Source: a virus
Length of the DNA stretch: 64,000 nt
Virus record (IMG/VR): IMGVR_UViG_3300027896_000011
Span: 1-64,000 of that record
Strand: one strand, 5' to 3'
Shown in pieces: positions 28,509 to 37,248 of this stretch (its first letter is position 1; the number at the start of each line of letters is the position of its first letter). The notes under the pieces are model-generated. The model searched no databases and was not told where the DNA came from. It saw nothing but the letters and a program-made list of their open reading frames with translations. A program made the position numbers and the translations under genes.

Positions 28509-29642
28509 TTACTTATTGTAATTAGCTTGCCCGTACTCACGAGCTTGTGGAGCTGAATCCCTATAAGGATTCCGTATTCCAAGTATTTCTGCCTGTACGT
28601 CTAGTGGGTCCGGGCAGAATATTTCAGGGAAGTTCCAAGGCTTTGCCATTTCCAACAAGTCCTCAGATAGTACAGTTGGTGTCCAGCGTACAATTTGGAC
28701 AGTTGAGCTAGCACCTTCTCCTTGTCGTTTAATGTCGAGGTCGCAGTCGTAGATAGAGCGTGGTTTCGGATCTTGACACACCTTATTTTTATTATTGCAT
28801 TCAAGCTGAGTCAGTAGCCATCCTGTATGACCACATTTGCATTTATACGGAGAACCCGTAATGCGATAGTATTCTGCTGATTGCGTTTCATCTGCAAGAT
28901 TGAAGTCATTTACAGAAATAATAGGCTTACCACATTCCTCGCAGTCACAGGTAATTTTCTCTATAGTTCCAATTCCGCCACAAGTAGCACAATCTTTCTC
29001 AATCTCGTCAATAGCACCAACTAGATTTTGTATGTGACCAAAGCCCATACTCCAATGTACTTTCTTACCAAAGCTCTTGGGTAGTTTATCGGCACAATAT
29101 TCACATTTACGGCCTGTACATGGCAGCCTGTTAGTGATTGGTTCGCCTTTACGCTTTCCATTTTCAAACAGAACAGGCTTACCGTCACGTACTGCTGGCA
29201 CATCGTGATACCAGTCTAGGTGTATTCCAGTGAAGGCGTGCATTACGCGCATAGAGACTGTGCGGTGATTTCTATCAACACCTTCTTTAGTCTCTTTCTC
29301 GAATTCGTCCCAACCTAGACAAGTGCCACCTATCTTTTCTGGACGACCATTAACTAGTGCCCATTCTCCGGAACTAACGAAGCTCTTACTAGTACGGGCG
29401 CTATAGAAAGAGATGTATTGGTAGTATTCCTTTTCTTCCCCCGCTAAGTCTTTATAGTTGCCGGGAACAAGACGGAATTTTGCTATTGTCCCTTTAGGGG
29501 GAGCCCATCTACAACCCCACCTAATGTTGAGAGATGCTCCTCTACTTTTATTACCTCCGCCGTTAAATCCTGCATTACGGCTCGCGATGTACCCATGTAG
29601 TCCCTGGGCGGTCGTAAGTCTTCTTGTTGGTGAGTATTCCAT
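28509..29642 (-). CDS. gp32-like single-stranded DNA-binding protein with Zn-finger insertions
   Basis: KFRLVPG, CEYC, DIKRQGEGASSTVQI; lies between primase and polymerase. Confidence 0.55.
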   Translation of the reverse strand: MEYSPTRRLTTAQGLHGYIASRNAGFNGGGNKSRGASLNIRWGCRWAPPKGTIAKFRLVPGNYKDLAGEEKEYYQYISFYSARTSKSFVSSGEWALVNGRPEKIGGTCLGWDEFEKETKEGVDRNHRTVSMRVMHAFTGIHLDWYHDVPAVRDGKPVLFENGKRKGEPITNRLPCTGRKCEYCADKLPKSFGKKVHWSMGFGHIQNLVGAIDEIEKDCATCGGIGTIEKITCDCEECGKPIISVNDFNLADETQSAEYYRITGSPYKCKCGHTGWLLTQLECNNKNKVCQDPKPRSIYDCDLDIKRQGEGASSTVQIVRWTPTVLSEDLLEMAKPWNFPEIFCPDPLDVQAEILGIRNPYRDSAPQAREYGQANYNK

Positions 29643-30633
29643 GTTCGTTTCTCCATTCATTGAATGTTTTTGCCGTATCTAGGCTTTCTTGGATTTCTTC
29701 TTTACTTAGATTGTCGGGTTGTGCGCCTTCCTCATATATGTCTGGGTAATCACATACTAGAAAGTTTAGCCCTCGATTTATCAGTCTTGGTCCTGCGTCA
29801 GCTGTTCCCTCCATTCCTGCTTTGTTTTTATCTAGGAAGAAGATGACCCAGCCATCATGCTTCGCTAGAGTTGCTTCTTGTATATCACTCATTCTACTTC
29901 CCTGTAAGGCTACAGTGTTTTCGAATCCTTGTTGTAGCATCCACAGGCAAGCTTTATATCCCTCAACTACTATAACGGTATCTAATTCGGTATGGAACAA
30001 CTTAGGGTAGACATTATGCATGTTCCATAGAAAATGATGGTTCTTTATTTCGTATTGTTTGTATTTAGCGACATCTTCGTAGTCATCGGATGCAAAACGC
30101 ATCAGATCTTCCTTCTTATACACCTTGTACCTAGGGAATGCACCAGTAACAGTACGTCCACTAATGCCCACCAAGTTACCATATAAATCCCGGATGGGAA
30201 ATGTGATTCGTTCATACTCTTTGTCAAAACCTATGTCCATTTTCTGTAGTAGTACTTCATCAAAACCGTCATCTATTAATTTGATCGGGCAATAATCAAA
30301 TACTCCTAGTAGACTCTCTTTTAGGAAATGTTTACCGTGTAGGTCTAAAGCCTTAGGTGGCGCATTTACTTTGACTTCTCTTGCCAGCTCTAATACTAGG
30401 TCTATCTTCTGTGCGCTTTCTCCCATCGCTTTAAGAAATTGAGGGAAAGTTCCTTTTTCACCACATGCATGACAGAAGTATAAACCGTTGCGGAGATTGA
30501 TATAGAAAGATGGTGTTTTTTCATTTCCATCTTTATGGAAAGGGCAAGGCCCTCCGATATTACTGTTACCGGAGGGCTTTACAAACCTTAAGTACTTCTT
30601 AGCTGACTCGAGTACTACATCAGACAGAGCCAC
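29575..30633 (-). CDS. dnaG: DnaG-type primase
   Basis: CPFHKDGNEKTPSF, CHAC, RITFPIRD, GRT; TOPRIM VVEG and FLDKNKAG. Confidence 0.9.
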   Translation of the reverse strand: MALSDVVLESAKKYLRFVKPSGNSNIGGPCPFHKDGNEKTPSFYINLRNGLYFCHACGEKGTFPQFLKAMGESAQKIDLVLELAREVKVNAPPKALDLHGKHFLKESLLGVFDYCPIKLIDDGFDEVLLQKMDIGFDKEYERITFPIRDLYGNLVGISGRTVTGAFPRYKVYKKEDLMRFASDDYEDVAKYKQYEIKNHHFLWNMHNVYPKLFHTELDTVIVVEGYKACLWMLQQGFENTVALQGSRMSDIQEATLAKHDGWVIFFLDKNKAGMEGTADAGPRLINRGLNFLVCDYPDIYEEGAQPDNLSKEEIQESLDTAKTFNEWRNEHGILTNKKTYDRPGTTWVHREP

Positions 30634-33358
30634 TGGCTGGTCCTCTACGTGAGATATTGATTGCTGGTCCTTTATTCCTTAGCTCCTTTCCAGGTGTAGG
30701 AGCGTTATGATCTGGCATTTCTTCTGGTACATAGTTCTTCCAGAATATTTCTTTAATGTCTTTAGAGTCGTTAAACACTACAGGCATCATCATTGGCTTT
30801 CCATCTGCTCCTACTTTTGCCCCGCAATCGTCATACACTTGCCGGTATAATTGAGAGAAGTTAGTTGCTGGGTCTCCATGAATAGCAAATCCTGCTATAT
30901 TAGCTTCGCGGGAAGCAGTAATAGCAAGTGCTAGTTCATTATGACTAGAATCTACTCTCTTCTTTATGATTTCAATAGCTAAATCAGTATCCTGTGCATA
31001 GGAGTCTGAGAAGGACATATTGATTGCAGACTTACCTTGTTGGTCTTCTTTTTCACTAGCTCTGTTAGCTTGCAGGGTAGCTACAATTGGTCTTTTGATG
31101 TCTTGAGCTAGTTCTTTTAGGTCTTGAGAGATGGAAGCTTGATCTCCCCATTTCATAGACCTAGCACCGTTATCTCTATCATTACGCATTAGATAGACTG
31201 CATCAGCAATTATCAGGTCTGGTTTGAAATCGTCTATCTTATTTCTTAAACCACGAACGCCTCCGCCATACTTCTTATCTTGTCTATCACTGGTAATGAC
31301 TATTCCTTTTTGTTTTCCAGTTTCAAGACTACAGGTAACCTCGTCCTGTTTCATTGTTTCCATTATGGAGTAGAAGTGGTCTTCCATACTGCCACCGTGA
31401 GGATGCGGAAGTGTATGAAGTAAACCATGTTTCCATTCTCTGTATGGTGTGCCTATAAGAAGGCAAACACATCTCTCCATCATTTGTTCTGGAGCCATTT
31501 CACGGGTATAGATAAGTATCTTACGGCTGCCATAATCGTAGGCGTACATTCCTATATTCAAGGCTATCCAGGTTTTGAGACTGTTGTGTGTTATAAAGTC
31601 CTCTACTACGAATACCGGTTCTCCCTCCTCTATGGTGATGTCATAACAGTCTTTAGGCCCTAGTTTTTCAATGCTTAGTATTGGCTCCCACCGTATGTCA
31701 GAATTGGCCCAGTCAAGTAGCTCTGGAGCGTCTAAGTGCTCTGCTAATCTGCGCAATAAATGTCTACTAATGTTTCCTGTTCTTCTGAATAATTTTCCTA
31801 TGGAGAAGCCTGACCACAAGTATTTCCACTCTTTGATACCCTTAGCAGTAAGGATAGCCTGCATTAACTCATCGGAGTACGGAATACCATCATCGTGTCT
31901 TTTGCGTCTGATATCGGCTTCCGCTAATCTTTGTAGTTTCTTTGCTTTATGTCCACATTTTAGATCAAGTAGCTTGTGTAGTACTGCGTGCTGTTCTTGT
32001 GAGAATATGTGTAGATGCCATGCTGTAGTGCCGAAGTTAGTTTCTACCTCAGATATAGTTCCGGTAATGCCAAACCGTAGTAATAGGTGCTTTACGTCTC
32101 GAATTAGGTTATAGCTAGCACTACACCAGGACACAGTGCCTTTTCCTACCGTACCATCTGTATCTGTATATGCAGATAAGAAAGCCTTAATAGCGGTATC
32201 GTGGCTTCGAAATAAGACATCTGGTACGTGCTTATCCGGTCCTTTTTGACCATGACAGCCTACCCTCTTTAGTAGGTCTAGTATTGTATTTCTGCTAGTA
32301 GATTTACCAATTATTCTGTACTGTATGTCTTTACACCCATCAGGTTGGTGTAATACTGCTCCTAGTGCCTCTACGTTATCGTATAGATCACCTATTACAT
32401 CCTTGTCTTCGTTTGTGAACTGCACTTCATTTCTAGTATAGTTACCGTCTCCTATTAGATAACCTAGTACTGTAGCTTCTGCGGTACTTAGTGAGTCAAC
32501 TGCGGGAGTAATTGATGGTAGTTTTCTTGCTATGCCTATATATGCTCCGACAGATAACTCCCCGGCAGCTTTGAAAGCCATATTGGGTATCATCAGAGGG
32601 TGGTCTTCCCCTACTTCAATGGTATGGCCACTTTTAGTTGTTATTCTTACTGCATTCTTTATGCCTGCATATGTACCTGAGCACGGACCCCAAGTTAGTT
32701 TGTGCCCTTTTGTGACAGGCACGGAGTCTGGAGGTGTTTCAATGGGAATTAGGCTACCATCTTGAGCCATTACCCGTTGACCAGCTACCACACATTTTGG
32801 CCTGCCATAAAAGATGATGTATTCGCCGTCTTGCATCCCTCTAGTTTCATCGTTTAATACTTTCCAGGGGTATGGTATTCCTTTGAGTACTCCTCGATTT
32901 TTATTTTCCTCGTAGAGATACCGCACAGATTCAATAGATTCAGATACAACAATATCTGTACTTCCTCTACGTTGTTTACCTAGTTCTTTTACTTCCCGTT
33001 CAATATGAGCAATTGCTTCGTCAGGTCTATCTTTCCAATCCTCAATATATGCGGATAGTTTTAAGAGTCTAGAGGATGCATTATGTTTTTGAAAGTCCTC
33101 TATTGTTGAGGACATTTTCATTCTATCTACTGCCGGGAGATCTATTGTAGGAAAATCCGCTTCAATCTGTTCTCGAGTAGGTATGTCTCCGCCAGTTTTT
33201 ACGGCATGATAGAACTTTAACATATGGTCGAAGAGCATACGTGCATCTGAGTCAGTGAGGTGGTCTATACGTATACCGGCATCTATTACGGCCCTCATAC
33301 CGGTAGGACCGACGTCAGCTATTTTCGCTATTAACTTCAGATCTCTATTGGCAGCCAT
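30620..33358 (-). CDS. dnaB: DnaB-like replicative helicase with one intein
   Basis: Walker A GRPK|SLKT after splicing, TREM, IIADAVYLM, QANR, SDSYAQDTD. Start at MAANRD. Confidence 0.85.
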   Translation of the reverse strand: MAANRDLKLIAKIADVGPTGMRAVIDAGIRIDHLTDSDARMLFDHMLKFYHAVKTGGDIPTREQIEADFPTIDLPAVDRMKMSSTIEDFQKHNASSRLLKLSAYIEDWKDRPDEAIAHIEREVKELGKQRRGSTDIVVSESIESVRYLYEENKNRGVLKGIPYPWKVLNDETRGMQDGEYIIFYGRPKCVVAGQRVMAQDGSLIPIETPPDSVPVTKGHKLTWGPCSGTYAGIKNAVRITTKSGHTIEVGEDHPLMIPNMAFKAAGELSVGAYIGIARKLPSITPAVDSLSTAEATVLGYLIGDGNYTRNEVQFTNEDKDVIGDLYDNVEALGAVLHQPDGCKDIQYRIIGKSTSRNTILDLLKRVGCHGQKGPDKHVPDVLFRSHDTAIKAFLSAYTDTDGTVGKGTVSWCSASYNLIRDVKHLLLRFGITGTISEVETNFGTTAWHLHIFSQEQHAVLHKLLDLKCGHKAKKLQRLAEADIRRKRHDDGIPYSDELMQAILTAKGIKEWKYLWSGFSIGKLFRRTGNISRHLLRRLAEHLDAPELLDWANSDIRWEPILSIEKLGPKDCYDITIEEGEPVFVVEDFITHNSLKTWIALNIGMYAYDYGSRKILIYTREMAPEQMMERCVCLLIGTPYREWKHGLLHTLPHPHGGSMEDHFYSIMETMKQDEVTCSLETGKQKGIVITSDRQDKKYGGGVRGLRNKIDDFKPDLIIADAVYLMRNDRDNGARSMKWGDQASISQDLKELAQDIKRPIVATLQANRASEKEDQQGKSAINMSFSDSYAQDTDLAIEIIKKRVDSSHNELALAITASREANIAGFAIHGDPATNFSQLYRQVYDDCGAKVGADGKPMMMPVVFNDSKDIKEIFWKNYVPEEMPDHNAPTPGKELRNKGPAINISRRGPASGSV
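31583..32794 (-). mobile_element. Intein with LAGLIDADG endonuclease in the DnaB P-loop (404 aa)
   Basis: CVVAG...ITHN|S; LGYLIGDG and FLSAYTDTDG. Confidence 0.9.
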
Positions 33359-33368
33359 AGTACCCCTT

Positions 33369-33677
33369 TCACAGTTGACGAATAGATACAATTCCTCCTT
33401 TTGTGAAGATACGAGGGCTGTTCTTTGTTTTTTCGACTATGCAAATGCAATATCGATCTGTCCATTTCAATATACCGTCGTAGTTGAGGTCCAAAATTGT
33501 TTCTATTCTTACTTCTTTACCGTACCAACCTTTAATCTCACTGTGCCAGTTTTCATGCACATTAATGGAGTCCTTAAGTGCACTGACTTCTTTTTGTAAG
33601 TTGAAAACTGCTGATGCAAGTTGTACGTTGTCTATAATGCCACTGTCTCTACGAAAGGTTTCATGTGGTGGTCGCAT
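33369..33677 (-). CDS. Hfq/Sm-like RNA-binding protein with N-terminal coiled coil
   Basis: GKEVRIETILDLNYDGILKWTDRYCICIV...RIFTKGGIVSI parallels Hfq V.IYL.NG..L.G.I..FD.F.ILL...MVYKHAIST. Confidence 0.55.
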   Translation of the reverse strand: MRPPHETFRRDSGIIDNVQLASAVFNLQKEVSALKDSINVHENWHSEIKGWYGKEVRIETILDLNYDGILKWTDRYCICIVEKTKNSPRIFTKGGIVSIRQL

Positions 33678-33693
33678 AGTTTCCTTGAAAAAT

Positions 33694-33739
33694 ATAAGGA
33701 ACTAAGACTACATCGGTAGACGTAGCCTTAGTTCCTTAT
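33694..33739 (-). promoter_or_regulatory. 18-bp intergenic RNA stem-loop
   Basis: ATAAGGAACTAAGGCTAC / GTAGTCTTAGTTCCTTAT with one G-U pair on the minus strand and a 10-nt loop. Confidence 0.6.
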
Positions 33740-33746
33740 TGTGTGG

Positions 33747-34895
33747 TTATTGCGCTACTGCAGCCAATGCAGTGAGCTTAGGTGCCATTGAAATAAATCG
33801 TCCAGCCATATCTTCAATATTCACACGCTTATCCATATCTTCATTGATATCTTTTGCTGCACGAGTAATAGCCTGTAGCACTCCGTACATGTTATCTAAT
33901 GGTTCAAGTTTGAATGCATCTTGTGCTGACTTAATGAATGTTTTACTAGCTTCTAGCTTAATCAGTTGAGCTTCAATTTCTTTTTCGGCGTTATTTACAG
34001 GAATGCTACTCAATAGTTTTAGCTTATTCCCGGTGGATACCCATTTCTTATCTATACCCGCAAATACATCATTTAATTGTCGGTCAAGCAATGCTTCCTC
34101 AATAGGACGATGTTGTCGGTATAGAAGTCGGCTCTCGCCAACACTAATAATTGCCCCATTCAAACAAACTAACCGGAAGCTGAATTCATCGATAATTACT
34201 GCGGTATACCCAACTTCAGAATTACGCATGGTTAACCCTGGATACACTAGGTCAGATGCAGGAAGCTTTCCTTCCCTTTCTGCAATATCATATATGCGTC
34301 GGACATCTGGATTAGCATGTCCACGATCAAGAGGACCTAGGTCTATTGGGTTCTTAGCTACTAATGTGTAATAGTTGCAGTGGTCATTGCCCCATTGCTC
34401 ATGCTTATTGAAGTGCCCCTTCATAAATCCGAGATTGGATAGTTCGCTGCTGAATCTACGTTCACATCGATCAAATATCTTTTCGTCATCGATGGGTTCG
34501 TATGTAGGAGACAATACAGCGCGAAGGTATCCATCTGCTTCTTTCAATCCAGGAGCACCAGGACGATATTTTTTAGTCCTGAGTTTCTTACTCTCACCAC
34601 TATGGGTGAACCTACGTTGTAGCTCTTCTTGAATTTGAGCATGGTTCACCCACTTAGTATTGAACCACTTATCCCAATGAATCCCCAAAGATTGCCCGAG
34701 TTGGAATTTAGCCCAATTAGTTATGCTGTAAGTACCGATGCCAGGAATATCCATGTTCAGCTTTTCATCAATCTGAACATCAGACATCTTTATTACTACA
34801 TCTTGATTTTTTAGATCGTGCTCTTCTGCTACTTCTTGTCTGACTGTTTCAAACTTGATCAGTTTCTTCGTGTCCTCTAATCTCAGTCCGTTCAT
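33747..34895 (-). CDS. DUF932-family protein
   Basis: RAVLSPTYEPIDD, MRNSEVG, RLVCLNG. Confidence 0.75.
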   Translation of the reverse strand: MNGLRLEDTKKLIKFETVRQEVAEEHDLKNQDVVIKMSDVQIDEKLNMDIPGIGTYSITNWAKFQLGQSLGIHWDKWFNTKWVNHAQIQEELQRRFTHSGESKKLRTKKYRPGAPGLKEADGYLRAVLSPTYEPIDDEKIFDRCERRFSSELSNLGFMKGHFNKHEQWGNDHCNYYTLVAKNPIDLGPLDRGHANPDVRRIYDIAEREGKLPASDLVYPGLTMRNSEVGYTAVIIDEFSFRLVCLNGAIISVGESRLLYRQHRPIEEALLDRQLNDVFAGIDKKWVSTGNKLKLLSSIPVNNAEKEIEAQLIKLEASKTFIKSAQDAFKLEPLDNMYGVLQAITRAAKDINEDMDKRVNIEDMAGRFISMAPKLTALAAVAQ

Positions 34896-35181
34896 TGTTT
34901 TTCTCCGTCGTTTGAGTACGTTGAACCATAAAGTGTCTAGGTATTAAATCGAATTCCATTGATTCTAGTAGTTCTTTAAGTGTTGTGAGTGTTTCTTCAG
35001 ACCAGTTTTTAGGATTGGCAGTGCATTTACCGTGTGTATGTACGATCTTTTTTGTAACTTCGTCGTATTGAGCTAGTGCATATACAGCGTGAAGTAATAT
35101 TCCGGTGTCCGGAAAGTTGGTAACGGAAAGTTCTGTTACTTGCAAAGCGTTTACCTTACTTTCTGCATCGCAGACTCTCAT
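34849..35181 (-). CDS. Hypothetical protein
   Basis: Coupled ORF within the operon. Confidence 0.6.
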   Translation of the reverse strand: MRVCDAESKVNALQVTELSVTNFPDTGILLHAVYALAQYDEVTKKIVHTHGKCTANPKNWSEETLTTLKELLESMEFDLIPRHFMVQRTQTTEKNNERTEIRGHEETDQV

Positions 35182-35184
35182 AGG

Positions 35185-35550
35185 TTACCTTTTTGCGAAG
35201 TCTTGAAGGTAAGCGCCCATTTCTTCTGCACCCTCTTTTGCTTTACCTTCTGCTACGATAGCTGCTTGATCAATAGATGCCAGTATGGAGTGTATGTCTT
35301 GATTACACGCCACACTTACGGTTACGGTAGATTCAACGGTTAGTCCTGCGTCTCGAGTACTGAACCAGTTTTTGAATCCACGAGTGACACTTACGTTACC
35401 ACGTCCATCTCCTATGTCAAATGGGAATTCTATATTGTCGTCTAGATTTTTGCTGTCTCTAATTCTGCCGCCATCGGTACGTATTTTTTGTGTAGCTTCG
35501 CCTCGAATGGTAGCGCTAGCAGGCACACCTGGTACAAGTTGTTTGGTCAT
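35185..35550 (-). CDS. Hypothetical protein
   Basis: Coupled ORF within the operon. Confidence 0.6.
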   Translation of the reverse strand: MTKQLVPGVPASATIRGEATQKIRTDGGRIRDSKNLDDNIEFPFDIGDGRGNVSVTRGFKNWFSTRDAGLTVESTVTVSVACNQDIHSILASIDQAAIVAEGKAKEGAEEMGAYLQDFAKR

Positions 35551-35556
35551 GCTTTT

Positions 35557-36051
35557 TTACTCCAATGGAAGTGCCGGAAGGGTGAAAGGTTTTGGGGTTC
35601 CTGGTATAGCTGATGGGGGTTGTGCTTTTTCATGATATGCCTGTCGTACGATGTCATTATCTACTTCCCCTTGTCGTACCATTTGTTCGAGCATAGGTTG
35701 GTTCAGCTCGTATATTATTTTTCGAGTCAGAACTAATTCTGCTTGACCTACGGGTAGGTGTTCAGACAAGAAATCTGTATCGTAATATCTTTCGGTTTTC
35801 TTTTGAGCGCCTATACCTTCGTAAACCAGTTGTCTATGATCAGATCTTTGTAGTTCTGATTTTACATCACGAATAGCTACGTCTAGTAGTTCATTCCTAT
35901 GTTTTACTAGGGCATAAAACTCTTCAAGTACTGGGCGTACATTTAAATCTTTTAAGAAGGCTACTAACTCTTCATTAGCCTCTTTGTATTTTTTAGCGTT
36001 TCTTTTTGCTGTTGTTTCTGGTGGTGCTTCAATCGGTTCTGTCTTCTTCAT
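35557..36051 (-). CDS. Hypothetical protein
   Basis: Coupled ORF within the operon. Confidence 0.6.
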   Translation of the reverse strand: MKKTEPIEAPPETTAKRNAKKYKEANEELVAFLKDLNVRPVLEEFYALVKHRNELLDVAIRDVKSELQRSDHRQLVYEGIGAQKKTERYYDTDFLSEHLPVGQAELVLTRKIIYELNQPMLEQMVRQGEVDNDIVRQAYHEKAQPPSAIPGTPKPFTLPALPLE

Positions 36052-36790
36052 CTAGTTCTTCCTCAAAATCTTGATCTTGTTGTTTTTGCTGTTCTACATC
36101 TGGAGGCAGAATTCCGTAGTATTTTTCTCGTAAGAAATCTAGAGCATTACAAATAGTGCCAAAGTCTTCTTCAGTTGGTCGCCAAGGACCTGTGGATTGT
36201 GTTCTATTTGAACTAGAAGCAAGTGATGCTAAGTCATGCATTGGAAATACTGCGTATCTTAATTCTGTACGTCTTCCCGGTAAGTGCATGACTTGTACTT
36301 CACCACGGGTTCTAGCTGTAACTGTTCCTTTACCGGTCAATGCTTGTAGTGCAATACGACCGAATGTTACTATGAGTAGAGGGTCTATAATATAGATCGT
36401 CTCTAATAGTCTCTCCCTACAGGCAATTCGTTCTATTTTGTTAGGCTCTCTGTATGACATAAACTTTTTACCTGTACGTTCGTCTTCTTTTTCAATTTGC
36501 GGATAACAACAAACAATGTTGGTAAGGTAAATGTCATTCTTTAGACTTAACTTTGCCCCTTGAAGAAATTGATGGAGTACTATCCCAGCATCACCTCTAA
36601 AAGGTCTACCAGAAATATCTTCTTCTTTTCCAGGGCCTCCCCCTACAAACAGTAAATCTGCATTAGGATTACCTTCTCCAAATACAACGTTTTTTCTGGT
36701 TTTGTGTAGAGGGCATTTTTCGCATACAGACCATTTATCCTCTAGTTCTTTGAGTGCTTTTTCTTTGTTCATGCTGTGCCCATACTCCAC
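36029..36790 (-). CDS. Family-4 uracil-DNA glycosylase-like protein with altered motifs
   Basis: CEKCPLHKTRKNVVFGEGNPNADLLFVGGGPG, GRPF, TNIVCCYP, ACRERL. Confidence 0.8.
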   Translation of the reverse strand: MEYGHSMNKEKALKELEDKWSVCEKCPLHKTRKNVVFGEGNPNADLLFVGGGPGKEEDISGRPFRGDAGIVLHQFLQGAKLSLKNDIYLTNIVCCYPQIEKEDERTGKKFMSYREPNKIERIACRERLLETIYIIDPLLIVTFGRIALQALTGKGTVTARTRGEVQVMHLPGRRTELRYAVFPMHDLASLASSSNRTQSTGPWRPTEEDFGTICNALDFLREKYYGILPPDVEQQKQQDQDFEEELDEEDRTD

Positions 36791-36806
36791 GTAATATGAC
36801 GCATCC

Positions 36807-36837
36807 GGTAGATTTCGGCACCGTGCCGAAATCTACC
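36807..36837. repeat. Perfect 15-bp inverted repeat with a 1-nt centre
   Basis: GGTAGATTTCGGCAC-C-GTGCCGAAATCTACC. Confidence 0.85.
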
Positions 36838-36858
36838 AACTGCGTTATAAATCTTGAT

Positions 36859-37248
36859 CTAACTACTCTTTGGTAGTGATGTCGCCATCACTAATCCAGA
36901 ACTTTTAGCTCGAAGTTGTTGTTCCATGTCTTTACATGCATTCATGAGATGCTCTACTACGTCTCTTACATCCGGCTGAGCTTCTACGTCAATATACGTA
37001 GTAGCTTTTATATAGATATCTCCACCACTCATAGACAACGGGAATGGAAATATTTTGGTACTAGCAGAAATACTAGGACCTTCTGCGCTCATCAATGCAA
37101 ACAATTGGTGATGAAAAATTCTAGCATTTCTCAGAAAAATAAATTCTCCTCTATCCATACTACGAATGAGTATATCGTTATCCTCGTCAACAAATCCTAC
37201 ATACATGTGCTGTGAGTTACTGTTTCCGAGAATTACTAGTCTGCTCAT
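36859..37248 (-). CDS. Hypothetical protein
   Basis: 129-aa coupled ORF. Confidence 0.6.
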   Translation of the reverse strand: MSRLVILGNSNSQHMYVGFVDEDNDILIRSMDRGEFIFLRNARIFHHQLFALMSAEGPSISASTKIFPFPLSMSGGDIYIKATTYIDVEAQPDVRDVVEHLMNACKDMEQQLRAKSSGLVMATSLPKSS

